This document shows positions 9,086-17,275 of a stretch of 35,223 nt of DNA, in pieces (positions within the stretch are counted from its first letter, which is position 1; each line of letters opens with the position of its first letter). Source of the stretch: Anaerolineae bacterium (GTDB taxonomy: Bacteria > Chloroflexota > Anaerolineae > Aggregatilineales > Phototrophicaceae); assembly GCA_034435735.1 (NCBI GenBank), contig DAOTWU010000437.1, positions 1 through 35,223 of the forward strand, in the 5' to 3' direction. The position numbers and the translations under genes were made by a program. A model generated the notes under the pieces. That model did not search any database and had not been told where the DNA came from. It saw only the letters and a list, made by a program, of their open reading frames with translations.

Positions 9086-9178
9086 GAGCCTTCCCTACGC
9101 CGGCATTACCCGGATCAGGTTGAAGGGTCGATGCGGCATTACGCATCCTCTCAGCCCGCTTGCGCGAACTCCCCTAGT
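9086..9178 (-). promoter_or_regulatory. TPP (THI-box) riboswitch aptamer
   Basis: The minus strand reads ACUAGGGGAGUUCGCGCAAGCGGGCUGAGAGGAUGCGUAAUGCCGCAUCGACCCUUCAACCUGAUCCGGGUAAUGCCGGCGUAGGGAAGGCUC. It contains the canonical CUGAGA, ACCCUU.AACCUGAUC.GG.UAAUGCC.GCGUAGGGAA blocks of the THI element. Located upstream of thiB. Confidence 0.93.
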
Positions 9179-9201
9179 CTATGTTGCTTGCGTGTGCGAA
9201 G

Positions 9202-9230
9202 AGTATAACGCGAAATGGTGTCTCATGCAA
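9202..9230 (-). promoter_or_regulatory. Candidate sigma-70 promoter of the riboswitch-thiBPQ operon
   Basis: On the minus strand, TTGCAT (9230->9225), 17-nt spacer, TATACT (9207->9202), about 25 nt upstream of the aptamer. Confidence 0.5.
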
Positions 9231-9291
9231 TGCAAAAGTGCACAGATTATCTATATAATAGGGTGGTTAAACCGATGATTTTTGTTGATTT

Positions 9292-10095
9292 TCATAGCAT
9301 TTGCATAGACAATAGGCGAGCTAAATACGCATCAAACTCACCAGCATTGCAAGCATCAACATATTCCATAAACTTTTCACCAGCGATGGGATATAAGGGG
9401 TAACAACTGGTGGGATATGCGCCTTTTGGGGCTAGCGCAATAACATCTACACCAGGATGCGGGATGAGAACGCCATCTGTTGTGGGGAGGAGCTTATCAA
9501 CTAACTTTTCTACTGTAGCAATCACAGTATCTGCCCAATAGACAAGCTCTATATCAATACCCTGATTATTGTTAATCAGCACATTACCCTGAGTATCGGC
9601 AGCAAGGCCATGAATAACCGCAACGTCACAACTTAATGCAGGAAATGCTGTAAGAGATTCGCCGCTATAGGGGTCAATCACTGTTTTTACATCAGGGCGA
9701 AGCCTGGACAAATCTGTACCTTGCCATGCCAAAGATGGCATAAACCCCACACCCGCTAATTTGGCGCGGATGCCATTTACTATACTAGCTTCAGTTTCTT
9801 CTATAATTTTTACTGCTCCAGTTTGTACGGCTTGAGTAAACATAGGAGCCAGTCCAAAGGATTCTAACCCAAAATAACAGGTGCGTACTGTCTCTATACA
9901 GCCTGCACCAACCAGCAAATCACTCTCAATAGAAGAGGTGAAGTTCAGCAGTGTCAAGTGTTGGGGGCGTGGGTTACGTTGTAATAGGGAAAGCGCAAAC
10001 GCTACAGGACGACGGTAAACAGTAAAGCCACCTAGTGCAAGCGTGTGGCCATCCTGTACGAGGGCGGCAGCCTCCTCTAAAGAAACGGGTTGCAT
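9292..10095 (-). CDS. Family-I CoA-transferase-like protein, subunit A type (GctA/IpdA-like)
   Basis: 267 aa. The N-terminus (SLEEAAALVQDGHTLALGGF) and IIEETEASIVNGIRAKLAGVGFMP match the alpha-subunit pattern of glutaconate/3-oxoacid CoA-transferases. RBS GGGGGAGGAG lies inside the end of the upstream yjbR-like gene, with a 3-nt gap. Confidence 0.8.
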   Translation of the reverse strand: MQPVSLEEAAALVQDGHTLALGGFTVYRRPVAFALSLLQRNPRPQHLTLLNFTSSIESDLLVGAGCIETVRTCYFGLESFGLAPMFTQAVQTGAVKIIEETEASIVNGIRAKLAGVGFMPSLAWQGTDLSRLRPDVKTVIDPYSGESLTAFPALSCDVAVIHGLAADTQGNVLINNNQGIDIELVYWADTVIATVEKLVDKLLPTTDGVLIPHPGVDVIALAPKGAYPTSCYPLYPIAGEKFMEYVDACNAGEFDAYLARLLSMQML

Positions 10096-10098
10096 GGT

Positions 10099-10467
10099 CT
10101 ACTCCTCCCCCATCTGCTTCAAACGTTCTCGTTCTACCTTCTTAAGTTTGGCGACAACGAGCGCATAACTATCATCCACCCATGACAACAACTCGTCATC
10201 GGGAACTTCTCCATCAACTACCACAGTATTCCAATGGCGTTTATTGAGATGATAGCCTGGCGTGACAGCGCTGTAATTATCGCGCAAAATCTCCGCAAGT
10301 GTTGGATCACATTTCAAACTAATGCTTAAAGGATCATCTGTTGGAATTAGTGCAAACATTTTCCCCAACACTTTATAGACCTCGACATCTGGCCCAAAAG
10401 GGAATTCATGGGTAACGCCGATTTTATTTAAGCAATAATCACGCAATTGCTCTCGGTTGATTGCCAT
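10099..10467 (-). CDS. MmcQ/YjbR family (DUF419) putative DNA-binding protein
   Basis: 122 aa. Family pattern FPFGPDVEVYKVLGKMFALI ... ISLKCDP ... PGYHLNKRHWNTVVVDG. Its ATG directly abuts the stop of the upstream gene (TAAATG). Confidence 0.8.
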   Translation of the reverse strand: MAINREQLRDYCLNKIGVTHEFPFGPDVEVYKVLGKMFALIPTDDPLSISLKCDPTLAEILRDNYSAVTPGYHLNKRHWNTVVVDGEVPDDELLSWVDDSYALVVAKLKKVERERLKQMGEE

Positions 10468-11403
10468 TTAGTTACTCTCCTGCATAGAGCGTCTAGCTTC
10501 TGCCATTTGGTGGGCAAGGGTTGTCAATTCATCTCGCCGCTCACAACGTTCGCGCCATGCCAGTGGGATAGTGTCCAATCCCAATCTGGCGGCACTTATC
10601 CCACCAGCAATACAAGCAATTGAATCACTATCGCCATCAGTATTTGCTGCCCGACGAACACATGCTACATAATCATCTGGATAGCGCATCACACAATAAA
10701 GAGCTAAAGCGACGGCTTCATCCGCAACCCATCCCTGTCCAATGTGATTGAGCGCACTCTCTTCATCATTCCACGCGAGAACATGCCCTACCCGTAACAA
10801 AGCATAATCTAATTCATCACTTAGGCCATCAGTAAAAGTCATCACTTTTCGCAGATACGCTTCAGGCGATACACCATCAAGCGCCAGCTTAACAAGATAA
10901 GCTGCGGCAATAGCGGCAGCGCGTGCCGTTGGATGGTTATGCGTTATGATAGCAGTTGCATCTGCAACACGATATAGCATATCGGGGTAAAACTGGTAAA
11001 AATAACCCAAAGGCGCAACCCGCATTGCAGCACCACAGCCTTTGGAATCTAAACCGCTCTGTTGCCAATGTTGGCCAGCAGCAAGGTTGCGTGTCGCTGA
11101 TAAACAAGTATTGCCGGGCGCTCGGTTGTTTTCTGGGCTATTCAGCCATTCCACAAAATAGCGAGAAATCGCTTGCATCTGGGTGTCAATAGCAGCGGTT
11201 AAACCAGCCTCTAACATCCCCTTGATTAAAGCGAGGGTCATCTGGGTATCATCACTATATAAAGCGGGCGCGGGTGGCTCTTGAATACCTTGCACACCAT
11301 AATGCTTTTTTATCTCTTTAAGCGAGAGAAACTCTGTCGGATACCCTAACGCATCCCCCAAAGCTAAACCAAATAACAGTGCTTCTGCATTCATCACGCT
11401 CAT
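10468..11403 (-). CDS. ADP-ribosylglycohydrolase family protein (ARH/DraG-like)
   Basis: N-terminal LALGDALGYPTEF and C-terminal NTDGDSDSIACIAGGISAARLGLDTIPLAW metal-binding blocks. Start trimmed from 11469 to the ATG at 11403 (MSVMNAEALLFG...) behind GGGAGA. The 22 codons further upstream read like promoter DNA. Confidence 0.85.
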   Translation of the reverse strand: MSVMNAEALLFGLALGDALGYPTEFLSLKEIKKHYGVQGIQEPPAPALYSDDTQMTLALIKGMLEAGLTAAIDTQMQAISRYFVEWLNSPENNRAPGNTCLSATRNLAAGQHWQQSGLDSKGCGAAMRVAPLGYFYQFYPDMLYRVADATAIITHNHPTARAAAIAAAYLVKLALDGVSPEAYLRKVMTFTDGLSDELDYALLRVGHVLAWNDEESALNHIGQGWVADEAVALALYCVMRYPDDYVACVRRAANTDGDSDSIACIAGGISAARLGLDTIPLAWRERCERRDELTTLAHQMAEARRSMQESN

Positions 11404-11496
11404 AAAAACATTTCTCCCAACAGGATTCTGAAATATTTCGATTTTAACCTGTATAATCATATTGAACATCTATGCCAAAGAACTGGAGTAATTCCT

Positions 11497-12708
11497 ATGA
11501 AGTCAGGACGTGCCTTTTGGCAACGTACACATCAAATTCACACTGTACTGCTGGTCATCGCCGTTTTTGTTGCGGGGTTTATTATCGGTAGCCAAATTAT
11601 GGTTGGAGAAGCCGCAGAACAACCCCGAGAAGCTGCAATTGGCGAAACCGATGAGGCATTCGAACCTTTTTGGGAAGCATTTAATGCCATTCAAGACCTG
11701 TATATAGATAAAGTAGAAGTGCCTACTTTGGTCGATGGCGCTATCAGCGGCATGATTGATGCGCTAGGCGACCAATACAGCGGTTACATGAATCCAGAAA
11801 TTTACCCGCTGTTTGATGCTGACCTGTCTGGAGATATTGAGGGCATCGGCGTTGTTATCAGAACACTAGAAGAGACAGGGCAAATTCAGGTTGTCAATGT
11901 TCTCAAGGGTACACCCGCGATGGAAGCAGGTGTTCAGCCAGGAGATATTTTCTTAGAAGTGGATGGCGAAAGCGTTATCGGCCTCAACCAAACAGAGCTA
12001 GCAGCACGTGTTCGCGGGCCATCTGGCACAACGGTTAACATCACCTTCTTACGGGGAGAAGAAACTTATAATGTTGATATTGTGCGGGCACGTATCGAAA
12101 TTCCGAATATTGAGACCGACATTTTAGAAGGTGATATTGCCTATATCTCTATGGCAGAATTCAACGCTCTAGCATATGGGCAGCTACGCGATGCATTGGA
12201 AGAATTAGATGTGAATAACCGTCGTGCCCTCATCTTTGACCTGCGCGGTAATCCCGGCGGTTTCTTGCGTACAGCTATCGACATTGCTAGCGGGTTCATC
12301 GAAGAAGGCATTATTCTCACAGAAGAATTTGGCAACGGCGAAACACAAGTCTTTGAAGCCACGGGCAACTATTTCGGCATTGAAGTGCCTATCGTCGTAT
12401 TGGTTGATGAACGTAGCGCCAGCGCATCGGAACTTGTGGCAGGGGCTATGCAAGATCGTGGTGTAGCAACACTGATAGGCGAACGAACGTTTGGTAAGGG
12501 TACAGTGCAGACAGTGCGCGAATTATCCAATGGTGGTGGTATTCGCTTAACTATCGCGCGTTGGGTACGTCCAAGCGGTCAGTGGATTCACGAAATTGGT
12601 GTTGAACCAGATATTATTGTTGAATGGGAGCCAGAGGGGTTTGACGATACTGAAGACCCACAACTGCAAGCAGCTATTGACTTTTTGCTGAATGAAAACG
12701 GCGAATAA
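11497..12708 (+). CDS. ctpA: S41 carboxyl-terminal processing protease with PDZ domain
   Basis: N-terminal TM anchor, PDZ (GTPAMEAGVQPGDIFLEVDG), DLRGNPGG, catalytic VLVDERSASASE and FGKGTVQ blocks. RBS GGAG lies 8 nt upstream. Confidence 0.9.
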   Translation: MKSGRAFWQRTHQIHTVLLVIAVFVAGFIIGSQIMVGEAAEQPREAAIGETDEAFEPFWEAFNAIQDLYIDKVEVPTLVDGAISGMIDALGDQYSGYMNPEIYPLFDADLSGDIEGIGVVIRTLEETGQIQVVNVLKGTPAMEAGVQPGDIFLEVDGESVIGLNQTELAARVRGPSGTTVNITFLRGEETYNVDIVRARIEIPNIETDILEGDIAYISMAEFNALAYGQLRDALEELDVNNRRALIFDLRGNPGGFLRTAIDIASGFIEEGIILTEEFGNGETQVFEATGNYFGIEVPIVVLVDERSASASELVAGAMQDRGVATLIGERTFGKGTVQTVRELSNGGGIRLTIARWVRPSGQWIHEIGVEPDIIVEWEPEGFDDTEDPQLQAAIDFLLNENGE

Positions 12709-12730
12709 GCAATAGCGTTCAACATTGTAA

Positions 12731-12762
12731 AAGGGGCACACTGGTAATATGTGCCCTTTTTG
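12731..12762 (+). terminator. Intrinsic terminator after ctpA
   Basis: GGGGCACA (12733-12740) / TGTGCCCT (12750-12757) stem with a 9-nt loop (12741-12749), followed by TTTTTGATTT. Confidence 0.65.
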
Positions 12763-12811
12763 ATTTCCTGGTGAGGCAAACATCGCTTATTGTGGTATGT
12801 AATGACAGGGT

Positions 12812-12839
12812 TTGCAAGTGCCGAGCGTCGTGCTATACT
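12812..12839 (+). promoter_or_regulatory. Candidate promoter of secG (extended -10)
   Basis: TTGCAA (12812-12817), 16-nt spacer, TGcTATACT (12831-12839). Confidence 0.5.
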
Positions 12840-12874
12840 GCGAACACTTTGTGAGTTGAAGAGGAGTTGGATAC

Positions 12875-13108
12875 ATGGCGACAGCCTTACAAATTGCGTC
12901 GATTATTGTCTCCGTTTTGCTCATCGTCCTCATTCTGCTGCAAGTTAAAGGCGGCGGTTTGGGTAGCCTATTAGGGGGCGATGCTGGCGGCGGTATTTCA
13001 CGTACACGGCGCGGCCTGGAAAAAACCCTGTTCCAGATTACTGTTGGATTGGCTATTGTTTTTGTAGCCATTTCAATTTTCTCAGTAGTTGCGGAACGTT
13101 TGGGATAA
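12875..13108 (+). CDS. secG: Preprotein translocase subunit SecG
   Basis: 77 aa with two TM helices flanking a Gly-rich loop (LLQVKGGGLGSLLGGDAGGG), the typical SecG pattern. Confidence 0.85.
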   Translation: MATALQIASIIVSVLLIVLILLQVKGGGLGSLLGGDAGGGISRTRRGLEKTLFQITVGLAIVFVAISIFSVVAERLG

Positions 13109-13134
13109 ATTTAGCTTTATTCTTAAGCGAAGCC

Positions 13135-13168
13135 GGGTGTTTTGCCAAAGGCAGAGCACCCTTTTTAT
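13135..13168 (+). terminator. Intrinsic terminator after secG
   Basis: GGGTG..TGCC AAA GGCA..CACCC interrupted stem (13135-13161), followed by TTTTTATT. Confidence 0.65.
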
Positions 13169-13199
13169 TACAGTTAGTTGGGGATAAAGGGTATCGTTT

Positions 13200-15008
13200 A
13201 TGCGCAACTACCGGTGGCAACTTTTAGCCCTTGTGATTGCAGCGGGGTTGTTCTTTGTTGTTTTGCTCTTGCGCTCTACATCATCACCTACACCTACCCC
13301 AGACATCTCTCCCCCCCCAACTACAGAAGCATCTGCGGTAACGCCGACTGAAATACCACCATCCCCAACAGCAGCCAGTATCGTTATTGCTACGCCACTA
13401 CCTATGCCAACAGGCCAAAGCGGTGTACCAACCTTCACGGAGGCGCTCATTGGGCAAGTTCAACGACTTAACCCAGTTTTCGCAAACTTGAACCCAGTAG
13501 ACCGCGACATTACCAGCCTGATTTTTGAGGGACTGGTTGCAATTGACGAATACGGACAACCCGTGCCGCGCCTAGCAAAAAGTTGGACAGTTTCTTCTGA
13601 TGGGCGAGAATATGTTTTTGAATTGCGTGATGATGTGCTATGGCAGGATGGCATTCCTTTTACGGCTAGCGATGTCGCCTATACAATGGCCATACTACGT
13701 GCCCCAGACTTCCCCGGTGATGAAGCCTTAGGGGCATTTTGGCGAACAGTTGAAACAGAAGTCATCCATGATCACCTTGTGCGCTTTCGCCTTACTCAAC
13801 CGCTGGCGAGCTTTTTACTACAATTAACCATCGGTATTTTGCCAGAACACGCCTTACAAGGGACTAATGCTACTCAGTTAGCTACACACCCATTTAACTT
13901 ATCTCCGATAGGGACAGGGCCATACCAATTAGAAGCCCTTCGCACAATTGATGGCACACAGATTAACGCTGTTGATTTACGAGTTGCACCTGTTTATCAC
14001 CAACGACCAGAGGGGCAAAACGGCTACAACATTGACCGTTTACGGTTTATGCTCTATCCCGATTTTGAGACAGCGTTAAACGCATTCAACAATGGTGAAG
14101 TTAATGGATTAGCAGCCAGAACCCGCACAGAGCGCAAATTGCTTTTAACAGCGCCCAATGCCGATATTCATACTGCAATTGCGCCGCAAGTAGGGATATT
14201 GATTTTTAACTGGGATGAGGGTGATAAACGTTTTTTCCAAATAGAGCGTGTGCGGCAAGCACTAGCAACTGGGCTAAGTCGTTCCCCCATCATTGAACGC
14301 AACTTGGCCAACCAAGCAATACCAGCAAATAGTCCTCTATTACCAGAATCATGGGCTTATACACCGAATATCCCCTGGCCACAAACTGATGTTAATGCAG
14401 CGCGATTGATGTTGGATGAAGCCAATATCCAGTATGGTGAACCGCCACAAGAGCCTGAGGAAGGGGATGAAAGCACCCCAGCCCCAACACTGACACCGTT
14501 GCCACAAGGCGTTGTTTATAGCTTCAGCATCCTTGTTCCAGATGATGAAGCACTCGTTGCTATTGCACAGGAAATCGCAGCACAGTGGTCGCAATTAGGC
14601 CTTGAAGTACGTGTTGAGCAAGCATCTCAAGATGAGTATTTACGGCGACTAGATGCGGGTTCATTCGATGCGGCAATAGTGGAACTGACTCTAAGCGCTG
14701 ACCCAGATGTTTATGCCTATTGGCATCAAGGGCAATATCCAGAAGGGTTAAATTACGGCAATGTCAACGATCGCCGTATCAGTGAGGTGTTGGAAAAGGC
14801 GCGGGCAGATGCGAATGGTATTAATCGCAGTATGCTTTACCACCAATTCCAGCAACTTTTTGCAGAACGGGCCATAGCGCTACCGCTTTACTATCCCTTA
14901 TATACCTATGCAGTAACCCAAAACATCGAGAATATACAACTCGGTTTTATTGGTAGCCCAGAAGATCGATTCAGAACCCTTGCCATGTGGCAGTTCCGCG
15001 AAGGCTAA
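13200..15008 (+). CDS. ABC transporter substrate-binding protein, family 5 (peptide/nickel type), membrane-anchored
   Basis: 602 aa. N-terminal TM helix, then a Pro/Thr-rich linker (SSPTPTPDISPPPTTEASAVTPTEIPPSPT). Family-5 block VLWQDGIPFTASDVAYT. No cognate permease or ATPase gene is adjacent. Confidence 0.8.
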   Translation: MRNYRWQLLALVIAAGLFFVVLLLRSTSSPTPTPDISPPPTTEASAVTPTEIPPSPTAASIVIATPLPMPTGQSGVPTFTEALIGQVQRLNPVFANLNPVDRDITSLIFEGLVAIDEYGQPVPRLAKSWTVSSDGREYVFELRDDVLWQDGIPFTASDVAYTMAILRAPDFPGDEALGAFWRTVETEVIHDHLVRFRLTQPLASFLLQLTIGILPEHALQGTNATQLATHPFNLSPIGTGPYQLEALRTIDGTQINAVDLRVAPVYHQRPEGQNGYNIDRLRFMLYPDFETALNAFNNGEVNGLAARTRTERKLLLTAPNADIHTAIAPQVGILIFNWDEGDKRFFQIERVRQALATGLSRSPIIERNLANQAIPANSPLLPESWAYTPNIPWPQTDVNAARLMLDEANIQYGEPPQEPEEGDESTPAPTLTPLPQGVVYSFSILVPDDEALVAIAQEIAAQWSQLGLEVRVEQASQDEYLRRLDAGSFDAAIVELTLSADPDVYAYWHQGQYPEGLNYGNVNDRRISEVLEKARADANGINRSMLYHQFQQLFAERAIALPLYYPLYTYAVTQNIENIQLGFIGSPEDRFRTLAMWQFREG

Positions 15009-15817
15009 AGCGCATTTTCTTGGGCGAGAATGTCACGCAATAGTTGCTTACGAGCAGCGCCGCCCAAAATCTCGAGTTTGCGTACACCAAGCGGGTCAAT
15101 ATCTTCGCGTAATAGACGAATTTCCTCTTCAGAAGGTGGTGGGGTTTCATGAACATCAGGGGCTACTTCTAAGGGAAAGCCTGTTTTTGCTTGAATACGT
15201 TCCACAGTAACGCCTGGATGATAAGATACCAGCCGCATGCGACCATTTGCCCAATCAAATTGCCCCAAATCTGTCACTAAATAAAGCGGGCCTGTTCCAC
15301 GCTTACGGTCAGGTGTATGGCCTAAACCGCTGATAAAATCCACTTTGGGCACAAATGTGATGCGGGAATGGCGTGGCACATATAAGTAAATATGCGAAGA
15401 ATAAGGGGTTACATCGGGGATTCCACCAGTGCCTGGCAAACGCATACGTGGGTGGGCGTAATCCCGACCAAAGGCAATGTTATTTGTGTTACCAACGGCA
15501 TCTACTTGGGCCGGACGAAAAAACTCTTTAGGATTATAAGCGGGTAAAAGCTCTGTTGCAACAGAAGCAAAACTAGTGTGCATCAAGCCTTTGGCTAACC
15601 ACAAATCTTCAATACGCCCCACTCCTAAACTTGCCCATTCATAACAAATGCTCTGGCCAATGGCAGAAGCAAAGCGCACATTAGGGGCATGGGTGCATTG
15701 CGCAAGAATAAATCCCGCCATAACAAGCGGGGTGTTGATACCTTGAGCTAGCACCTCTCCATCTTCAACTTGGCGAGAAATACATACAGCAATAAGTTCA
15801 TCAATTGAAAAATCCAT
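15005..15817 (-). CDS. Family-I CoA-transferase-like protein, subunit B type (GctB/IpdB-like), apparently lacking the catalytic Glu motif
   Basis: Beta-subunit blocks QGINTPLVMAGF, AQVDAVGNTNN, LPGTGGIPDV, EEIRLLREDIDP. Start set to the second ATG (15817), because RBS AAGGGG sits 7 nt upstream of it but only 1 nt from the first ATG at 15823. The stop overlaps the convergent SBP gene stop by 3 nt (CDS ends overlap at 15005-15008). Confidence 0.8.
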   Translation of the reverse strand: MDFSIDELIAVCISRQVEDGEVLAQGINTPLVMAGFILAQCTHAPNVRFASAIGQSICYEWASLGVGRIEDLWLAKGLMHTSFASVATELLPAYNPKEFFRPAQVDAVGNTNNIAFGRDYAHPRMRLPGTGGIPDVTPYSSHIYLYVPRHSRITFVPKVDFISGLGHTPDRKRGTGPLYLVTDLGQFDWANGRMRLVSYHPGVTVERIQAKTGFPLEVAPDVHETPPPSEEEIRLLREDIDPLGVRKLEILGGAARKQLLRDILAQENAL

Positions 15818-15828
15818 ATACATACCCC

Positions 15829-17088
15829 TTAACGGCGTTTGCGCTTCTTTCGCTTTTTAGACTTGCGCCCCCATTTTACATCATCGTCCATACGAACCAT
15901 TGCAGGTTCAAAACGGCCAACCACTTCTACAAGGTCAGATTGGGCAGCCATCACATCTTCTATGGATTTATAGGCCTGTGGCGATTCATCTAAACCAGCG
16001 CCCAGCAGAATAATACCACGTTCTTGCAATAAGCGGTCTCGCTCGGTTTTGGTAATGGTATTGGTTGCCTGCTTGCGGCTCATCTGACGCCCAGCACCAT
16101 GTGCCGCAGAATAAATTGCGTCTACAACACCTTTTCCACGCACAACAAATCCAGGGTCGGCCATTGAGCCTGGGATAACTCCTAACTGCCCCTTTTCTGC
16201 TGGTGTTGCACCTTTGCGGTGCACAATAACTTCGCGCTCATGCTCTGAAAAACCAGCAGGGGCTGGTAATCGCACTTTCCAAGCAAAGTTATGGTGATTT
16301 TCCACAGTCGCAACGGGCTTAAGGCCGACGGCTTTAGCAACACGTTTGTGAATAACCTCATGATTAGCCGCGGCAAAACGCCCCGCGAGTTCCATCGCCA
16401 ACCAGTATTCTTGGCCTTCATGCCAATCAAGCGGTAACCAAGCCAGATGCTTAACAGAAGCATCAAGATGAGGGTGAAGTTGTTGGGCCAGTTTAGAGTA
16501 GTGATTGGCAATTTTAAAGCCAACACCGCGCGAACCACTATGTGATAACAACGCGAGATACTGGCCCGCTTTTAACCCCAATTGCTCATCTTCTTTTTCA
16601 AGAACGAAAGCACCCCATTCTACAAAATGATTACCAGAGCCACTCGTACCGAGTTGGCGATAAGCAATATCTTTTAGGGAGCGAAGATATTTTGCTGCAT
16701 CCCAATCTGGGCTATCCAACACCTCGTGTTCTGCGCGACGGCTAGCTGACCACTCTCCGCCAGCGCCGAAACATGTTTCATTCCAAAGAGCATTCTCGAA
16801 TTGCCCAACCCGTTGACCGATAACATGGGGGGAAACGGGGAAGATGGATAGACGCATTCGGCAAGCAATATCCACACCAACGGCGTAGGGAATAACTGCA
16901 TTTTCTGTAGCGAGAACACCACCAATAGGCAAGCCATAGCCAACATGAGCATCTGGCATTAATGCGCCTGCGACAGATATAGGCAAGCGCATGGCAGCAT
17001 CCATCTGCTTAAGAGAATCGTCGTCAATATGCTCTTGCCCCCAAACTTTATAAGGCAGTGGTTTATCTCTCAATTCATCATGGGACAT
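15829..17088 (-). CDS. rtcB: RNA 3'-phosphate/2',3'-cyclic phosphate ligase RtcB, with a polybasic C-terminal tail
   Basis: RtcB blocks PDAHVGYGLPIGGV, GSGNHF, HSGSRGVG, ENHHNFAW, IPGSMA, AAHGAGR (nucleophilic His block). Ends in WGRKSKKRKKRKRR. Confidence 0.92.
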   Translation of the reverse strand: MSHDELRDKPLPYKVWGQEHIDDDSLKQMDAAMRLPISVAGALMPDAHVGYGLPIGGVLATENAVIPYAVGVDIACRMRLSIFPVSPHVIGQRVGQFENALWNETCFGAGGEWSASRRAEHEVLDSPDWDAAKYLRSLKDIAYRQLGTSGSGNHFVEWGAFVLEKEDEQLGLKAGQYLALLSHSGSRGVGFKIANHYSKLAQQLHPHLDASVKHLAWLPLDWHEGQEYWLAMELAGRFAAANHEVIHKRVAKAVGLKPVATVENHHNFAWKVRLPAPAGFSEHEREVIVHRKGATPAEKGQLGVIPGSMADPGFVVRGKGVVDAIYSAAHGAGRQMSRKQATNTITKTERDRLLQERGIILLGAGLDESPQAYKSIEDVMAAQSDLVEVVGRFEPAMVRMDDDVKWGRKSKKRKKRKRR

Positions 17089-17275
17089 TTTCGCCCCCTT
17101 TCAACAAAACCCTCTTTTAGTTCATAAGATACCATAAAGGGTCAAAGGCGTAAATAGTGGGCTAGTAAAAGCAAAAAAGTTGTAGATTGACTCAAGGTTA
17201 ATTTGCCCTGTATACCAGCTGTGTTAAAATGCGTAATGAAGATGTCAGCACTCATAATAGAGACAGGAGCAGTGA

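Noticed and set aside
9084-9403. Two small plus-strand ORFs (64 and 62 aa) between thiB and the CoA-transferase A gene
   Set aside because: The region is fully explained on the other strand by the TPP riboswitch, its promoter and the 3' end of the CoA-transferase gene.
12787-13071. 94-aa ORF antisense to secG
   Set aside because: It overlaps the secG promoter and CDS, and its Pro/Arg-rich translation is the antisense of the Gly-rich SecG loop. SecG itself is a confident call.
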